Shown piece by piece: positions 52,574-62,744 of a stretch of 64,000 bases of DNA. Both the position numbers and the translations under genes were made by a program. The stretch is from NCBI GenBank assembly GCA_012813795.1, contig GCA_012813795.1_4087.1; one strand, given 5' to 3'. The stretch comes from a phage. Positions within the stretch are counted from its first letter, which is position 1, and the number at the start of each line of letters is the position of its first letter. The notes under the pieces were generated by a model. That model ran no database searches and had not been told where the DNA came from. It was given only the letters and a program-made list of their open reading frames with translations.

Positions 52574-54745
52574 TTAACTATTGCGTTCACCTTGTGTATT
52601 TTCAGAAATTGTTCTTAAGTAATTATTTGTCTGATTTGTTGCTGCGAGTGATTGTTCACTCATTTCTGCTAGACGTTTAAAAATTTCTTTGATCTCTTCT
52701 GAACTCATGTCATTATTTATAGTTCCGTTTTGAGGCGTTACCAGAGATTTTATATCACGATCTGGTTCTGGTGGGAATGGTGCTTCACCAGGTTTCCATG
52801 CGGATTTATCATAATGTTTACGAGTTAATTCCATCATAGGTGGTGTATTTGGCATTACTGTAGTCTGGGCGTTTTTAGGTGGTTCATAGCCCAAGACTCG
52901 ATATGCATTATCTACGTTAAATGGTCTAGGTGGTGTATATAATTTAGAAGATTTCCATTTTTGGAAGTCAAGTGTTTTTTCTTCTACAAATTTTGTGAAA
53001 TCGTCTACTGAATTACCAATAGAATCCCAGAAAGATGTAGCTTTCTCTTCTATTTTCTTTTTAGGTTCTTCTTGTTTTTCAGATTTATCATCTGAACCAA
53101 ACCATCCTTTTACTTTATCCCATAACTTTCCAGGTAAATCCATGAGATTCTTCATGAAGTCATCGAATGCTTTTGAAACTTGAGTATATGTGTCCCCAAA
53201 TATGTCAGAACCCAATCCCTCAAGCCATAATACAAATTCTTCACCAATACGGTCAACATAAGAAACCGCATCCTTGAATATTGGAACTAACCCAAATCCA
53301 TCTTTAGCCAATTCCCAAATAAATCCCCATGCACTATCGGTACGATCTGCAATTGCTGTCAAATAATCAACAACATTATTTTGAACATCAGCATACATTT
53401 TATTGAATGGAGCAACAAATTCAGTACTGACCCATCTGTTCAATCTATCAGTAAATTCTGCGATTTTATCTGCTGGTCGATTTTTGTCAGCATTAATTGC
53501 AGCTTCCATATCTAACATTTGCTTAGCAAATGCGGCAGCGGTGAAGTTTTGACTTCGTTGCATATCTTCCATATCTTTTTCAACGCGTTTTCTGTTTTTC
53601 TTCACCCACTGATATTGTGCTTCACGTATAGCTTTTGCATCGGTTACACCAGACTTAACCATGTTCTCACCAAGGTCAGCGAATTCGCTAATCATTGGAG
53701 ATAATAAATCATCAGGAACACCACCAATTGATATTCTGTGGCTAATCAATCTTAGGAAATCAGTACCCATATCCCCCATACCACCTGCCGCTTCGGTAAG
53801 TGCTTTAGTGGTTAATGTTGCGGTTTCTTCTGATAGTCCCACCCAGTTGTTTAGTGTAGTTTTTAGTATTCTTGCATCAAATGATTTATCAAGTGATTGT
53901 GTCTTTTTAAGTAATTCATCAATTGACATACCCATTGTCTTACTAAAAGTAGACATAGTTTTAATTAACTCTTGGGTACTTTGTGCTTGGTTTATATTCC
54001 TTACTAGTTCTGCACCACCAAATTGTTTTTGAATTTTGATGTTACGTGCTGCTAAATCTGATAAAGTTTTTTGTGACATACCATATAGGCCAAGTTTATC
54101 TTGGGCATTTTGAACTACACCTAACAATTTACCAAATTCCTTAACGCCATCTCCATACGAACCATCCAATTGTGCAATAACATCACTATGAGTTGATATT
54201 ACTTCACTGAATAGATCCATAGACATTAACGCTGAACCTGAACCTTTTAGCAAAGAGCCATAACCTTCAGCAAGAGAAACACCCGCACTGTTGACTCTGT
54301 TGTACATTTCAAGCTGGGCGTTCATTACGTTATATACTGCCATCCCTACATCAGCAACCATTTTAAATGCTGATGCTGCCATTCCTACAGGACCAGGGAT
54401 CATAGAAAGAGAGCCAGCTACGGATGATGCACTCATACCCATTGAGTTAATGACAGTACTGACATTCGCTGAAGTACTCATCATTGTTTTACCAACGTTT
54501 GTCATTTCACTGGACATTACTCTGAACATTTTACCCATAGAGGATGAATTACCACGAGAACCGCGTCCACCACCACTTGGTCCAGATGAATCGCCAGGTG
54601 ATGGGTTACCACCACCATTATTTTTCTTTTTATCATTCTTTAAACTTTCTGCTAACAATTCACGTATAGCTGAAAGACCATCTACGGTATCATTAGATTT
54701 ATTCACTATCTGTTGTAGTAAGTAATCACTGTTGTTTACAGCCAT
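52574..54745 (-). CDS. tape-measure-like protein (gp29-like)
   Basis: 723 aa with a G/S-rich N-terminus and M/A/G-rich helical body; assignment by composition only. Confidence 0.35.
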   Translation of the reverse strand: MAVNNSDYLLQQIVNKSNDTVDGLSAIRELLAESLKNDKKKNNGGGNPSPGDSSGPSGGGRGSRGNSSSMGKMFRVMSSEMTNVGKTMMSTSANVSTVINSMGMSASSVAGSLSMIPGPVGMAASAFKMVADVGMAVYNVMNAQLEMYNRVNSAGVSLAEGYGSLLKGSGSALMSMDLFSEVISTHSDVIAQLDGSYGDGVKEFGKLLGVVQNAQDKLGLYGMSQKTLSDLAARNIKIQKQFGGAELVRNINQAQSTQELIKTMSTFSKTMGMSIDELLKKTQSLDKSFDARILKTTLNNWVGLSEETATLTTKALTEAAGGMGDMGTDFLRLISHRISIGGVPDDLLSPMISEFADLGENMVKSGVTDAKAIREAQYQWVKKNRKRVEKDMEDMQRSQNFTAAAFAKQMLDMEAAINADKNRPADKIAEFTDRLNRWVSTEFVAPFNKMYADVQNNVVDYLTAIADRTDSAWGFIWELAKDGFGLVPIFKDAVSYVDRIGEEFVLWLEGLGSDIFGDTYTQVSKAFDDFMKNLMDLPGKLWDKVKGWFGSDDKSEKQEEPKKKIEEKATSFWDSIGNSVDDFTKFVEEKTLDFQKWKSSKLYTPPRPFNVDNAYRVLGYEPPKNAQTTVMPNTPPMMELTRKHYDKSAWKPGEAPFPPEPDRDIKSLVTPQNGTINNDMSSEEIKEIFKRLAEMSEQSLAATNQTNNYLRTISENTQGERNS

Positions 54746-54852
54746 ATAATAATTCCTACATTAAGTTTATATAGGAATATTTATGAAATGCAATGCATAA
54801 AAAAAGCCCACATGGATATTAACCATATGGGCTTTGATTTTATTTAATTATT

Positions 54853-55341
54853 TTAGTATCGTGGTTCCAGTACTGCACTATAGGTTCGTTTTGGTGAACC
54901 GTCACTAACATTTTTATTACTGAATATGATAGAGTTTGTTTCTCTATTAACATACAATGTACCTTCAAGTTTTACTGTCTTTTGAACACCGCCGACAGTA
55001 TAAGTGAAGTCGTTAATGTTGTAATAAACATCATATCCAGATGCAGTACTTCCAATATAACTCCATGATTCATATGTCTGACCCATCAGTACTTCATCAC
55101 CGTTAACAGTGAATTGGATGAATGTCCATTTTAAATGTTCCTCGTTAGGATCTTCGTTATACAGTTTACCTTTGTAGCTAACAATTTGTGTTGGTAATTC
55201 ACGTTTAGTTAACTGCTCTTTGTACTCTGATTCTTTAGTTGTGGATGTTTCGCTTTTCGGAACAATCATACCGATTACTAACATAACAACCATAAAGATA
55301 CCAAAGGCTTGGAACAAACGTTTGATTGTTGTCTTTATCAT
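54853..55341 (-). CDS. membrane-anchored hypothetical protein
   Basis: Start at the ATG at 55341 with AGAGGAA RBS; N-terminal TM helix (FGIFMVVMLVIGMIV). Confidence 0.5.
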   Translation of the reverse strand: MIKTTIKRLFQAFGIFMVVMLVIGMIVPKSETSTTKESEYKEQLTKRELPTQIVSYKGKLYNEDPNEEHLKWTFIQFTVNGDEVLMGQTYESWSYIGSTASGYDVYYNINDFTYTVGGVQKTVKLEGTLYVNRETNSIIFSNKNVSDGSPKRTYSAVLEPRY

Positions 55342-55418
55342 AAAATATTCCTCTTGGGTGATTTTGAAGTTTTGAACATACATAAATACTTTCATAATTA
55401 TTGCATGGAGAAAGTATT

Positions 55419-56288
55419 ATGTCAATGAACCCGTTAGCAAAATACACAAAAATCGAAGAAATTAGTACTAAACTCGTCACTAACAACATTTTCCAGTACA
55501 AAGATGGTGTATTGGGGAGCAAAGGCATTAAATGTGGTGTCTGTGCTCGTAGTGCTCGTGACGAAATGATGCTCAATACACCTGATATGTTACTCAATGG
55601 TAGTGCAGTGTCATCTGTTATCGAAAACTGTGTACCAAACATTCTAAACGCAGAAGAGCTTTATGTCAATGACGTTGAGCAAATTCTTATTGCTATCAAG
55701 TTAGCATCCAAAGAAACCAGTTATGATATCAATGTCGTATGTCCATCCTGTTCAAAAGAAGGGCGTTTTGAACGTGACCTTTCTTATCTATTGGAAACGG
55801 CTGAATCTTTTACTGAAATTCCGAGTATTGATCTTATTAATGGTTTATCTCTCCAGTTTAGACCACTTACTTGGAAAGAATATTCAGAGTTTTCTCAACG
55901 TATGTTAGCTGAACAACAAAAAACTAAGTATCTTGAGAGTACTATTGATATTTCAGAAGATGATAAAATTAAAATGTTTTCTGAAGTATTTGAAAACATG
56001 GCACAACTAAACTTTGATATGATTGCTGGAGTTATTGATAAAGTAATTACTCCTGATGGTGATGAAGTATCAGATAAGAAATTCATAAGTGAATGGTTAG
56101 GTACTCAATCAAAAGAAGTGATCAAGCAAATCAGAGAGAAAATGGATGAAGTACTAGAAATTGGTGTATCACATACTATGGAAGTTGAATGTATTGAATG
56201 TCAGCATCAATGGGAACTTACTGGATTAAAGTATGACCCTACTCATTTTTTCGATCTCAGCTTCTCTTCTCAAACCCAGAAGAAATAA
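55419..56288 (+). CDS. hypothetical protein with CxxC pairs
   Basis: Start at the ATG at 55419 with GGAGAAAG RBS; CGVC, CPSC and CIEC pairs; CATAAATA late-promoter-like element upstream. Confidence 0.6.
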   Translation: MSMNPLAKYTKIEEISTKLVTNNIFQYKDGVLGSKGIKCGVCARSARDEMMLNTPDMLLNGSAVSSVIENCVPNILNAEELYVNDVEQILIAIKLASKETSYDINVVCPSCSKEGRFERDLSYLLETAESFTEIPSIDLINGLSLQFRPLTWKEYSEFSQRMLAEQQKTKYLESTIDISEDDKIKMFSEVFENMAQLNFDMIAGVIDKVITPDGDEVSDKKFISEWLGTQSKEVIKQIREKMDEVLEIGVSHTMEVECIECQHQWELTGLKYDPTHFFDLSFSSQTQKK

Positions 56289-56477
56289 AAGAACTTCTGG
56301 ATGATATGGAGTTGAATAAATCAGATATTAAAAATGCCCTTATGGATGCTGCTGTTTATGTAGATAATGTCGATTATGCAACTCTACTTAATATGCCAGT
56401 AAATGACAGAGATATGCTTATTAAGGCATACAATAAGAAAGTAAAGAAGATGAACGAGAAGCACTAATACTCATAAG

Positions 56478-56510
56478 AAGCCAGCACATTGTTGCTGGTT
56501 TTTTTGTTTT
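56478..56510 (+). terminator. rho-independent terminator
   Basis: AGCCAGCA-acattg-TTGCTGGTTTTTTTG. Confidence 0.5.
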
Positions 56511-56756
56511 TGTTTTTTGGGTTTTTACTTACAAAGTAGATGAAAGAAATTATGATCTTAAAAGATTTATTCTTGAAGGAATTCATTTGATTTATATTGA
56601 ACTCATCTAACTCATTTCATTCGTTAGCTGAAGAATATTCGTTAACTACGTTAACTCATATTCATTTTAATATAATTATAAAGAACTTTAAATGATTTAA
56701 TACTTGACGGGATTTGTTGAGGATATTTCATCCCCCCGCAGGGGAATGAAGATAAT

Positions 56757-57232
56757 AAAAAAGAGACAATTAAGTCTCTGTTTCTTGACGCTGATGGCAT
56801 CGGTATTATTGTATTGCGAATTTCTTAAAATTTAAACGTAATTATATTGTAAAAATATTAAGAACGAAAGCGGGTTGCTCTGTTTCTCTCTATCGCAGTC
56901 ATGTGCAACGGTCGTCAGTCTTAAACATCCTGACACTCACCTGAAAGTCTATACAATCAAACTTCAGGCTGTTTAATGAAATGAATCATCAAACTCCCTT
57001 AGCAAATCTGGTAAGGTGCGATCCTTATACATCTATCGAGGAACTCTCTGTATGCTTATCGGAGTTCTTTATTGAGCCGTGTCGCCGTGAGGGGTTCATA
57101 ATATGCCCACATCTAACGGGTTTCTTTTGCTCATCGCACTGTTGAACTGCTCATCTACCCTCTACATTTTCGAGTGGATTAGGTTCTAATTTATATGCAT
57201 TTCTGCATTCAACAGGATTGTCAGTACTACAT
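56757..57232 (-). ncRNA. candidate structured non-coding RNA (promoter-to-terminator unit with no ORF)
   Basis: Minus-strand promoter at 57238-57266 and hairpin plus T6 terminator at 56757-56781 bracket about 470 nt with locally raised GC, several stem-loops and no ORF of 60 aa or more on either strand. Confidence 0.3.
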
Positions 57233-57237
57233 AAAAC

Positions 57238-57266
57238 ATTATAGCACGCAATTTAAAAGTGTCTCA
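57238..57266 (-). promoter_or_regulatory. promoter, family TGAGAC-N13-GTGC-TATAAT
   Basis: Minus strand: TGAGAC acttttaaattgc GTGC TATAAT, pointing into the ORF-free region. Confidence 0.5.
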
Positions 57267-57361
57267 AAATATCTAATCTTTTTTATAAAAAAGTACTTAA
57301 AAATTTCTTAGGAATGTATTTCATAAATATTTCATAAACTAACTTAGATCTAAGGCACATT

Positions 57362-57853
57362 ATGAAACGAAGACTTAAAGATAGTAAGGAAGCTGCTACG
57401 TACAGAAATGAATTATTAAAAAAGCAAAAAGGTATTGATCCTATAATCAAAGAACCGATTAAGAAACCAGTACTCGACCACTATCACTTCGAAAACCAGC
57501 ATTGTAGAGAAGTTCTACAAAATGAGGTTAACGCATGGGAAGGTAAGGTGCAGAACTCTTTCAATCGATACTTGCGTCATTTAACTGATAAACCTCTTCA
57601 TGAAGTACTAAGAAATCTGGCAGATTATCTTGAAAAGAACAATAATATTCCACCAGAAGAGCAAGTGATTCATCACACGGCATTAACTGTGGATGTTAAT
57701 AAGTTTAAAAGGCTCCCAGCAACGCAGCAAAACGCGATTCTGGAAGGGTTAGGAGTTGTCCCTGGTAGCAACACTACTGCTCGTGTAAAACAGGCTAGGA
57801 AGCTTATTAAGGACGGCAAATTAAACATGTTAGATATAAAAAAAGGGAGCTAA
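57362..57853 (+). CDS. hypothetical protein with endonuclease VII-like (His-Me finger) motif
   Basis: LDHYHFENQHCREVLQNEVNAWEGK parallels T4 EndoVII DHDHELNG...RGLLCNLCNAAEGQ, but the zinc-ligand cysteines are replaced. Confidence 0.55.
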   Translation: MKRRLKDSKEAATYRNELLKKQKGIDPIIKEPIKKPVLDHYHFENQHCREVLQNEVNAWEGKVQNSFNRYLRHLTDKPLHEVLRNLADYLEKNNNIPPEEQVIHHTALTVDVNKFKRLPATQQNAILEGLGVVPGSNTTARVKQARKLIKDGKLNMLDIKKGS

Positions 57854-57873
57854 GGCTCCCTTTATTCATTATA

Positions 57874-60021
57874 TTAGAAAATATCATCAAGAGTAGCATA
57901 TTCAACAGTACTGAAACCGTCTTCTTTAACAACTTTAAGGATTTTTTCTGTTTTAGATAGTAATTCTTCTCTGTGAGATATTGCATATACGTTTTTACCA
58001 CGTACAGCAGCCATATCCTGGAAGATTGACCATACTCTTAGAACACCACTTGAATCAAGACCCTGATCTATCATCTCATCTATGATAAGAATATTAATAC
58101 TTTGATATAATGATTCATAAGTATCGCGGAAAGCACATGATAATGCAATATTAACACGTGTTCGTTCCCCACGACTCAATTGTTTGTAGTCAAAGTACTG
58201 TCCACTCTTCTCAATCTCAACACTAAGGTCATTCAAGAAGACCACATTGTGTTCTGAACCACACATATCAATATAGTACTGCAATCTGGAGTTCAAATAT
58301 GAGATATTTTGTTCAATGATACGTTTACGAACATAACTATCCTTATTGAGCAATAGTTTAACTAAGAAATCTTGGTGATTAGCCAATTTTTCAAGGTTAT
58401 TGAAGTCAGTATAATCAATAGGAACCAACGAATCGGTTGTTAAAGTATTAATCTGACTAATAAACGTATTAGTTGTGTTCATTTCGCGTTCAAGTTGTTG
58501 AGTAAGTGAGTTAAATGTCATTTCTAACTCTTTAACTTCTGATTTATTCAACGCATCTGGAACTTCCTTTACTTCTAATGCATCAAGAGCCTCATAAGAA
58601 GACATTAGTTCATCACGGTAGATGTTAATTTGTTCTTCCTCACTCTTTTTAATAAGTTCTTGTAGCTTATGGTCATGCATTTGGGCTTCGGTAAGGGTAT
58701 TATAGAAAGTTACAGGTTTAGGGGGCATATCAAATATCTCAATTGCATTGATTTCATCTGATAGTGTTGCAATTTCCAACTCAACCTTACTTATATTTTC
58801 TCTGATTAGACGAATAGTATCATTAATCTTATCTTTTATACCATTACCATGCTCATTATGCTCCAACTCTGATAAACAAAGTGGACATTTACTATCCTCA
58901 ACTGATTTTAATTTCTCTTCTTCTGCTGTAAGAGATTTAATATGAGCATTCAACGAAAGATTTAGTGAATTTAGTTTCTGTGTTTTGAAATTCTTTTGCA
59001 ACTGATTATCTTTTAAGATAGATTCTAGTTGTTTCCACAGTTCCATTTCTTCATGGTTTTTTAATTCAGATTCAATATCAATAGTTTTTAATTTATCGAT
59101 ACTATGCTGAATAATATTTTTATTAGTGGCTAGTTCTCTATCGTACTGATCATATTTCACTGCAAGTTCTTGAACTCTACGTTCGAGTTGTAAACGTTTA
59201 GAGATGTGTAGAAGTGCTTCTTCTTTCTCTTCAGCAGCAGCATATAAATCAGAAAATACAAAAGTACTGTATTCTTCCAATTCACTTTTTAGTTTTTGCA
59301 CTCTATTAGCCTTATCAATTTCAAACTTATTAGCCTGTTCCTGTAAGGTTTCAATGCTGCGTTGAATGCGTTCATTACTTGCTGCAACTGTTTCAATTTT
59401 AAACTTCTCTTGGTCAGCTAAACGTTTTGACTCTTTGTTCATATCCTTTAACAGTTCAGCTTTCTCTGTTAATTGGGTAATACCTAATAGCTCTTCAATC
59501 ATATCACGTTGTTTCTGTGAAGAAAGAGCAAGGAAAGGTTCAACGTTAGCATTCAGTACTACAATGTGCTCAAAAAGTAATTGAGAGATTCCTAGAATTT
59601 CATTTAGATCTTCTTGTGTATCTTTCTTTTCACCTCTTGATTCATCGAGAACTTTATTGTCCTGACCAAGAGTGATGAAATTGAAATATGTGGGACTACG
59701 CCCACGCTCAACAAGGTATTGTATACCGTCTTTCTCGAACTCAACGGTAACTTCACAATTTTTAGCATTTGTTTTATTAACTAAGTTTGGAATTTTAATA
59801 TCGTTACCAATACTTTTTCCAAATAGTCCAAAAACAAGACCTTGAATAATTGCACTTTTACCTACACCGTTACGACGACCAGAACTATCACCACCTTCAA
59901 TGACAGCATCATTGTTTTGACCGAGTACTAAAGATATGTCAGCACCATTTAAATCAATAACTTGTGGTGCATTACCAAAGGAAAAGAAATTCCTCATTGT
60001 TATACGTGTAATGTTTAACAT
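57874..60021 (-). CDS. 46: Rad50/SbcC-like recombination ATPase (gp46-like)
   Basis: N-terminal Walker A GRRNGVGKS, long coiled-coil with a CPLC zinc hook, C-terminal signature region. Confidence 0.85.
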   Translation of the reverse strand: MLNITRITMRNFFSFGNAPQVIDLNGADISLVLGQNNDAVIEGGDSSGRRNGVGKSAIIQGLVFGLFGKSIGNDIKIPNLVNKTNAKNCEVTVEFEKDGIQYLVERGRSPTYFNFITLGQDNKVLDESRGEKKDTQEDLNEILGISQLLFEHIVVLNANVEPFLALSSQKQRDMIEELLGITQLTEKAELLKDMNKESKRLADQEKFKIETVAASNERIQRSIETLQEQANKFEIDKANRVQKLKSELEEYSTFVFSDLYAAAEEKEEALLHISKRLQLERRVQELAVKYDQYDRELATNKNIIQHSIDKLKTIDIESELKNHEEMELWKQLESILKDNQLQKNFKTQKLNSLNLSLNAHIKSLTAEEEKLKSVEDSKCPLCLSELEHNEHGNGIKDKINDTIRLIRENISKVELEIATLSDEINAIEIFDMPPKPVTFYNTLTEAQMHDHKLQELIKKSEEEQINIYRDELMSSYEALDALEVKEVPDALNKSEVKELEMTFNSLTQQLEREMNTTNTFISQINTLTTDSLVPIDYTDFNNLEKLANHQDFLVKLLLNKDSYVRKRIIEQNISYLNSRLQYYIDMCGSEHNVVFLNDLSVEIEKSGQYFDYKQLSRGERTRVNIALSCAFRDTYESLYQSINILIIDEMIDQGLDSSGVLRVWSIFQDMAAVRGKNVYAISHREELLSKTEKILKVVKEDGFSTVEYATLDDIF

Positions 60022-60030
60022 CCGTGTCCC

Positions 60031-61080
60031 TTATAATGATCTATAGATTTGTATTAGTAGATTCTTGTCGAACATTGGAGAATCAATTTCCATGATTTGT
60101 TGTAAAACTATCTCATCAACTGATTCAGTACTTTCAAAGTGTTCACCTTCTTCCAAAAGTTCTTTGATACTTTGTTTACTTGTAACAACGTTAAACTCAC
60201 GAATATTATAAAGTTTAGTAAAAGTATCACGAATAAAACTAATCTCATCAGTTGTGATTGGAATATCAACCTGAACTTTCGAGATAGAGTTATCTTGTAA
60301 GTAATAACTTGGATCAGTTAGTAGCTCTGACAAAGTAAATGTTCTGTATTTCGGTGCAGCATCCCATGATTTGAATGTTGGTTCTGAACCGTGTTCAAGA
60401 ATCATAACACCTCTAGCATCATCCCATGTGTCTGAGAAGTTATGAGGGAAACAGTTACCAGTATAAATTACACGAGTTCCTTTAGATGTGAGTTTGGACT
60501 GTCGTTTATGGAAATGCCCACTAAAAACATACTCACAACCACCAAAAGAACCTTCAGTCTCTTTACCATGATCTGGCATTTCTACCATTTTGTTAAGCAA
60601 ATATCCAGGCAATTCAAGATGACCAAATACATATTTGCTTTGTAATTTAGGTAGCATTTTGTATTCATCTTCAATCATAAATGGGATGAAAGTACAATCA
60701 TCAATTGTTGTAATTTCATTAATGAACTCGATGTTTTCATAAACTTGTGCCATATTAATACTTGTAATATCGCGTTTGTTTTTATGATACATGTCATGGT
60801 TCCCAACTAAGAAGTAAACTTTATCAAAGTTGTCATTTAGTAATTGGAGAATTTGTAAACCATAGTTTAATGTTTGAATATTAATGTTGCTGCGGTTATG
60901 GAAGTAATCTCCCATAAACACACATACTTTAATACCTTTCTTTTTGGCTTCATCAATCATAAATTTAATGAAGTTCAAACAATCTTCGTTGTGCTGCTTA
61001 CTGTTATTCTTTAATCCTAAATGAATATCAGTGAATGTAATTGCTTTATCAAATAGTGCCATCGTCATTTTTCCTTTCAA
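60031..61080 (-). CDS. 47: Mre11/SbcD-like nuclease (gp47-like)
   Basis: Phosphoesterase motifs DIHLG, GDYFH, GNHD and GHFH; start codon choice uncertain. Confidence 0.85.
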   Translation of the reverse strand: MKGKMTMALFDKAITFTDIHLGLKNNSKQHNEDCLNFIKFMIDEAKKKGIKVCVFMGDYFHNRSNINIQTLNYGLQILQLLNDNFDKVYFLVGNHDMYHKNKRDITSINMAQVYENIEFINEITTIDDCTFIPFMIEDEYKMLPKLQSKYVFGHLELPGYLLNKMVEMPDHGKETEGSFGGCEYVFSGHFHKRQSKLTSKGTRVIYTGNCFPHNFSDTWDDARGVMILEHGSEPTFKSWDAAPKYRTFTLSELLTDPSYYLQDNSISKVQVDIPITTDEISFIRDTFTKLYNIREFNVVTSKQSIKELLEEGEHFESTESVDEIVLQQIMEIDSPMFDKNLLIQIYRSL

Positions 61081-61888
61081 TCATATTCATTTCGATTTCA
61101 ATCTGTCTTGTATGTGATGGTGTAAAACCATGCATCTCAAGAAGGTCGTCGCGAATGTTACGTACATTCTTCTCACTGTTCAAAATAGAACGGAAGCTAT
61201 TGTTAACGAATGACGTATAGTATGAGAAAGGATTTAGTTGGACAGCAGGTTTATCTTTCTTATACAAGATACTCTCTTTGAAGAGAAGTGCATTTTTAAC
61301 TAATTGTATTCTAGCATCACCCATCATTTCATCCAAATACGTATAATTTCTGTAGTTAGATTTGTGAGAGATCTCTTCGGCTAGTTTAATGAACATTTTA
61401 CCGAGTTCATTTGTGATTTTACCATGTGTTAAGTAGAAATCGCCATCTTCCAAGTCGCCTTTCCAATGTGAACGAACAACTTCATACAGAATACCTTCAT
61501 TATCAACGATATAATGTTTAAATGGTTCAAAATTCACTCGTGTATCTGGTGGAATGTGCTCATCAGTGATAACTCTAATCACCACTTCATCCAGTGGTAC
61601 ATCATTTACGAATAGACCGTGCTCATCAGCATATTCCTTTGCTTTCTTAGCACTCATATTCTCTTTTTCGCGAACACTATCAAGCATTTCATTATTCAAA
61701 CGTTTGATTCGTGCTGCTTTTGCCTTTTCAAGTAATTCTTCTGTGATTTCAGACTCATGAAACACAATATAATCATACATACCATAACTTTTATCCAAAA
61801 GCCAGCAGTATGATATCTTACTTTTATGTATTTCACGTAATAAGTCTGCGTTATTCAGATACTTCTTACGCTTCGGCTTGTTTATCAT
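61049..61888 (-). CDS. 55: late-transcription sigma factor (gp55-like)
   Basis: KPKRKKYLNNADLLREI and NPFSYYTSFVNNSF parallel T4 gp55 KPKYNYVNNKELLQAI and NPHAYITQACFNAF; start set at the ATG at 61888 with GGAGAG RBS. Confidence 0.55.
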   Translation of the reverse strand: MINKPKRKKYLNNADLLREIHKSKISYCWLLDKSYGMYDYIVFHESEITEELLEKAKAARIKRLNNEMLDSVREKENMSAKKAKEYADEHGLFVNDVPLDEVVIRVITDEHIPPDTRVNFEPFKHYIVDNEGILYEVVRSHWKGDLEDGDFYLTHGKITNELGKMFIKLAEEISHKSNYRNYTYLDEMMGDARIQLVKNALLFKESILYKKDKPAVQLNPFSYYTSFVNNSFRSILNSEKNVRNIRDDLLEMHGFTPSHTRQIEIEMNMIERKNDDGTI

Positions 61889-61939
61889 TGTAACTCTCCA
61901 TGTAATGACCAATAGGCACAATCCGTGTGCCATCGCTAA

Positions 61940-61969
61940 TATTATAGCACTAAAATCAGCTTTGTCCCA
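61940..61969 (-). promoter_or_regulatory. promoter, family TGGGAC-N13-GTGC-TATAAT
   Basis: Minus strand: TGGGAC aaagctgatttta GTGC TATAAT upstream of gene 55. Confidence 0.5.
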
Positions 61970-61970
61970 C

Positions 61971-61978
61971 CTATAAAT
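61971..61978 (+). promoter_or_regulatory. late promoter (TATAAATA)
   Basis: Exact TATAAATA about 35 nt upstream of the plus-strand structural gene start at 62013. Confidence 0.45.
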
Positions 61979-62012
61979 ACTTCAAATGTTTCCTTGTAAT
62001 GGAGTAACACAA

Positions 62013-62744
62013 ATGATTGATCGTCGAATCCGACTAAGACCTAAAGCCGCTGGTGCTAACTATGTGTATGGGGATTTTGGTGACGGAGCCAACCCAACAC
62101 TACTATCGTTTTTGCGTCCAACCAATGGTTTGGTATGGACCGTAACGCCCACAATCACAGAACAAAGAAGTATTCAGTATGAAACACAGTCTCCTGTGCA
62201 TTCAAATAGTAACTATAACAACTATAAAAATACAAGTAATACTATTTTCACGATACAAGGTGAATTTTATGCAAATACTGCTGCTGAAGCTCTATACACT
62301 TTAGCATGTATGCATTTTATTCGCTCTGTATCATTGATGGATTTTGGTAGAAAAGCTGCATCAGCTAATAACCCCGATTTAGCTGTTCCTGGTGCACCAC
62401 CACCAATCCTATTACTAAGTGGGTATGGTCGTTATACATATAATGATATTCCTGTAGTAATGAAATCATATAATTTTACCTATCCAAATGATGTTTCTTA
62501 TATTCAAGTACCATTGGATAGTAGTAACAGTACTTTTAATTTGTCCGATATGGATAGTAGACAATTTTTTGAACAATTAAGAAGTTCTGGGTACATGAAT
62601 CCACAAGATGAAGTGTGGGTTCCACAAAAGATATCGGTAACTATTCAATTAGAAGAGCAACCAACATCAGAATTTATGACTAAGAAGTTTAATCTTAACG
62701 CATTTAAGCGTGGTGATATGCTTCGCAATGGAGGATTCATTTAA
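62013..62744 (+). CDS. putative baseplate/tail structural protein
   Basis: Start at the ATG at 62013 preceded by TAATGGAGTAACACAA; position beside a LysM-like tail protein. Confidence 0.45.
   Translation: MIDRRIRLRPKAAGANYVYGDFGDGANPTLLSFLRPTNGLVWTVTPTITEQRSIQYETQSPVHSNSNYNNYKNTSNTIFTIQGEFYANTAAEALYTLACMHFIRSVSLMDFGRKAASANNPDLAVPGAPPPILLLSGYGRYTYNDIPVVMKSYNFTYPNDVSYIQVPLDSSNSTFNLSDMDSRQFFEQLRSSGYMNPQDEVWVPQKISVTIQLEEQPTSEFMTKKFNLNAFKRGDMLRNGGFI

Noticed and set aside
56520-57240. tRNA genes or a group I intron in the ORF-free region
   Set aside because: No acceptor/T-arm cloverleaf (GTTCRANYC-type T-loop with a complementary stem) and no recognisable P/Q/R/S intron elements were found by eye; kept only as an unspecified structured-RNA candidate.
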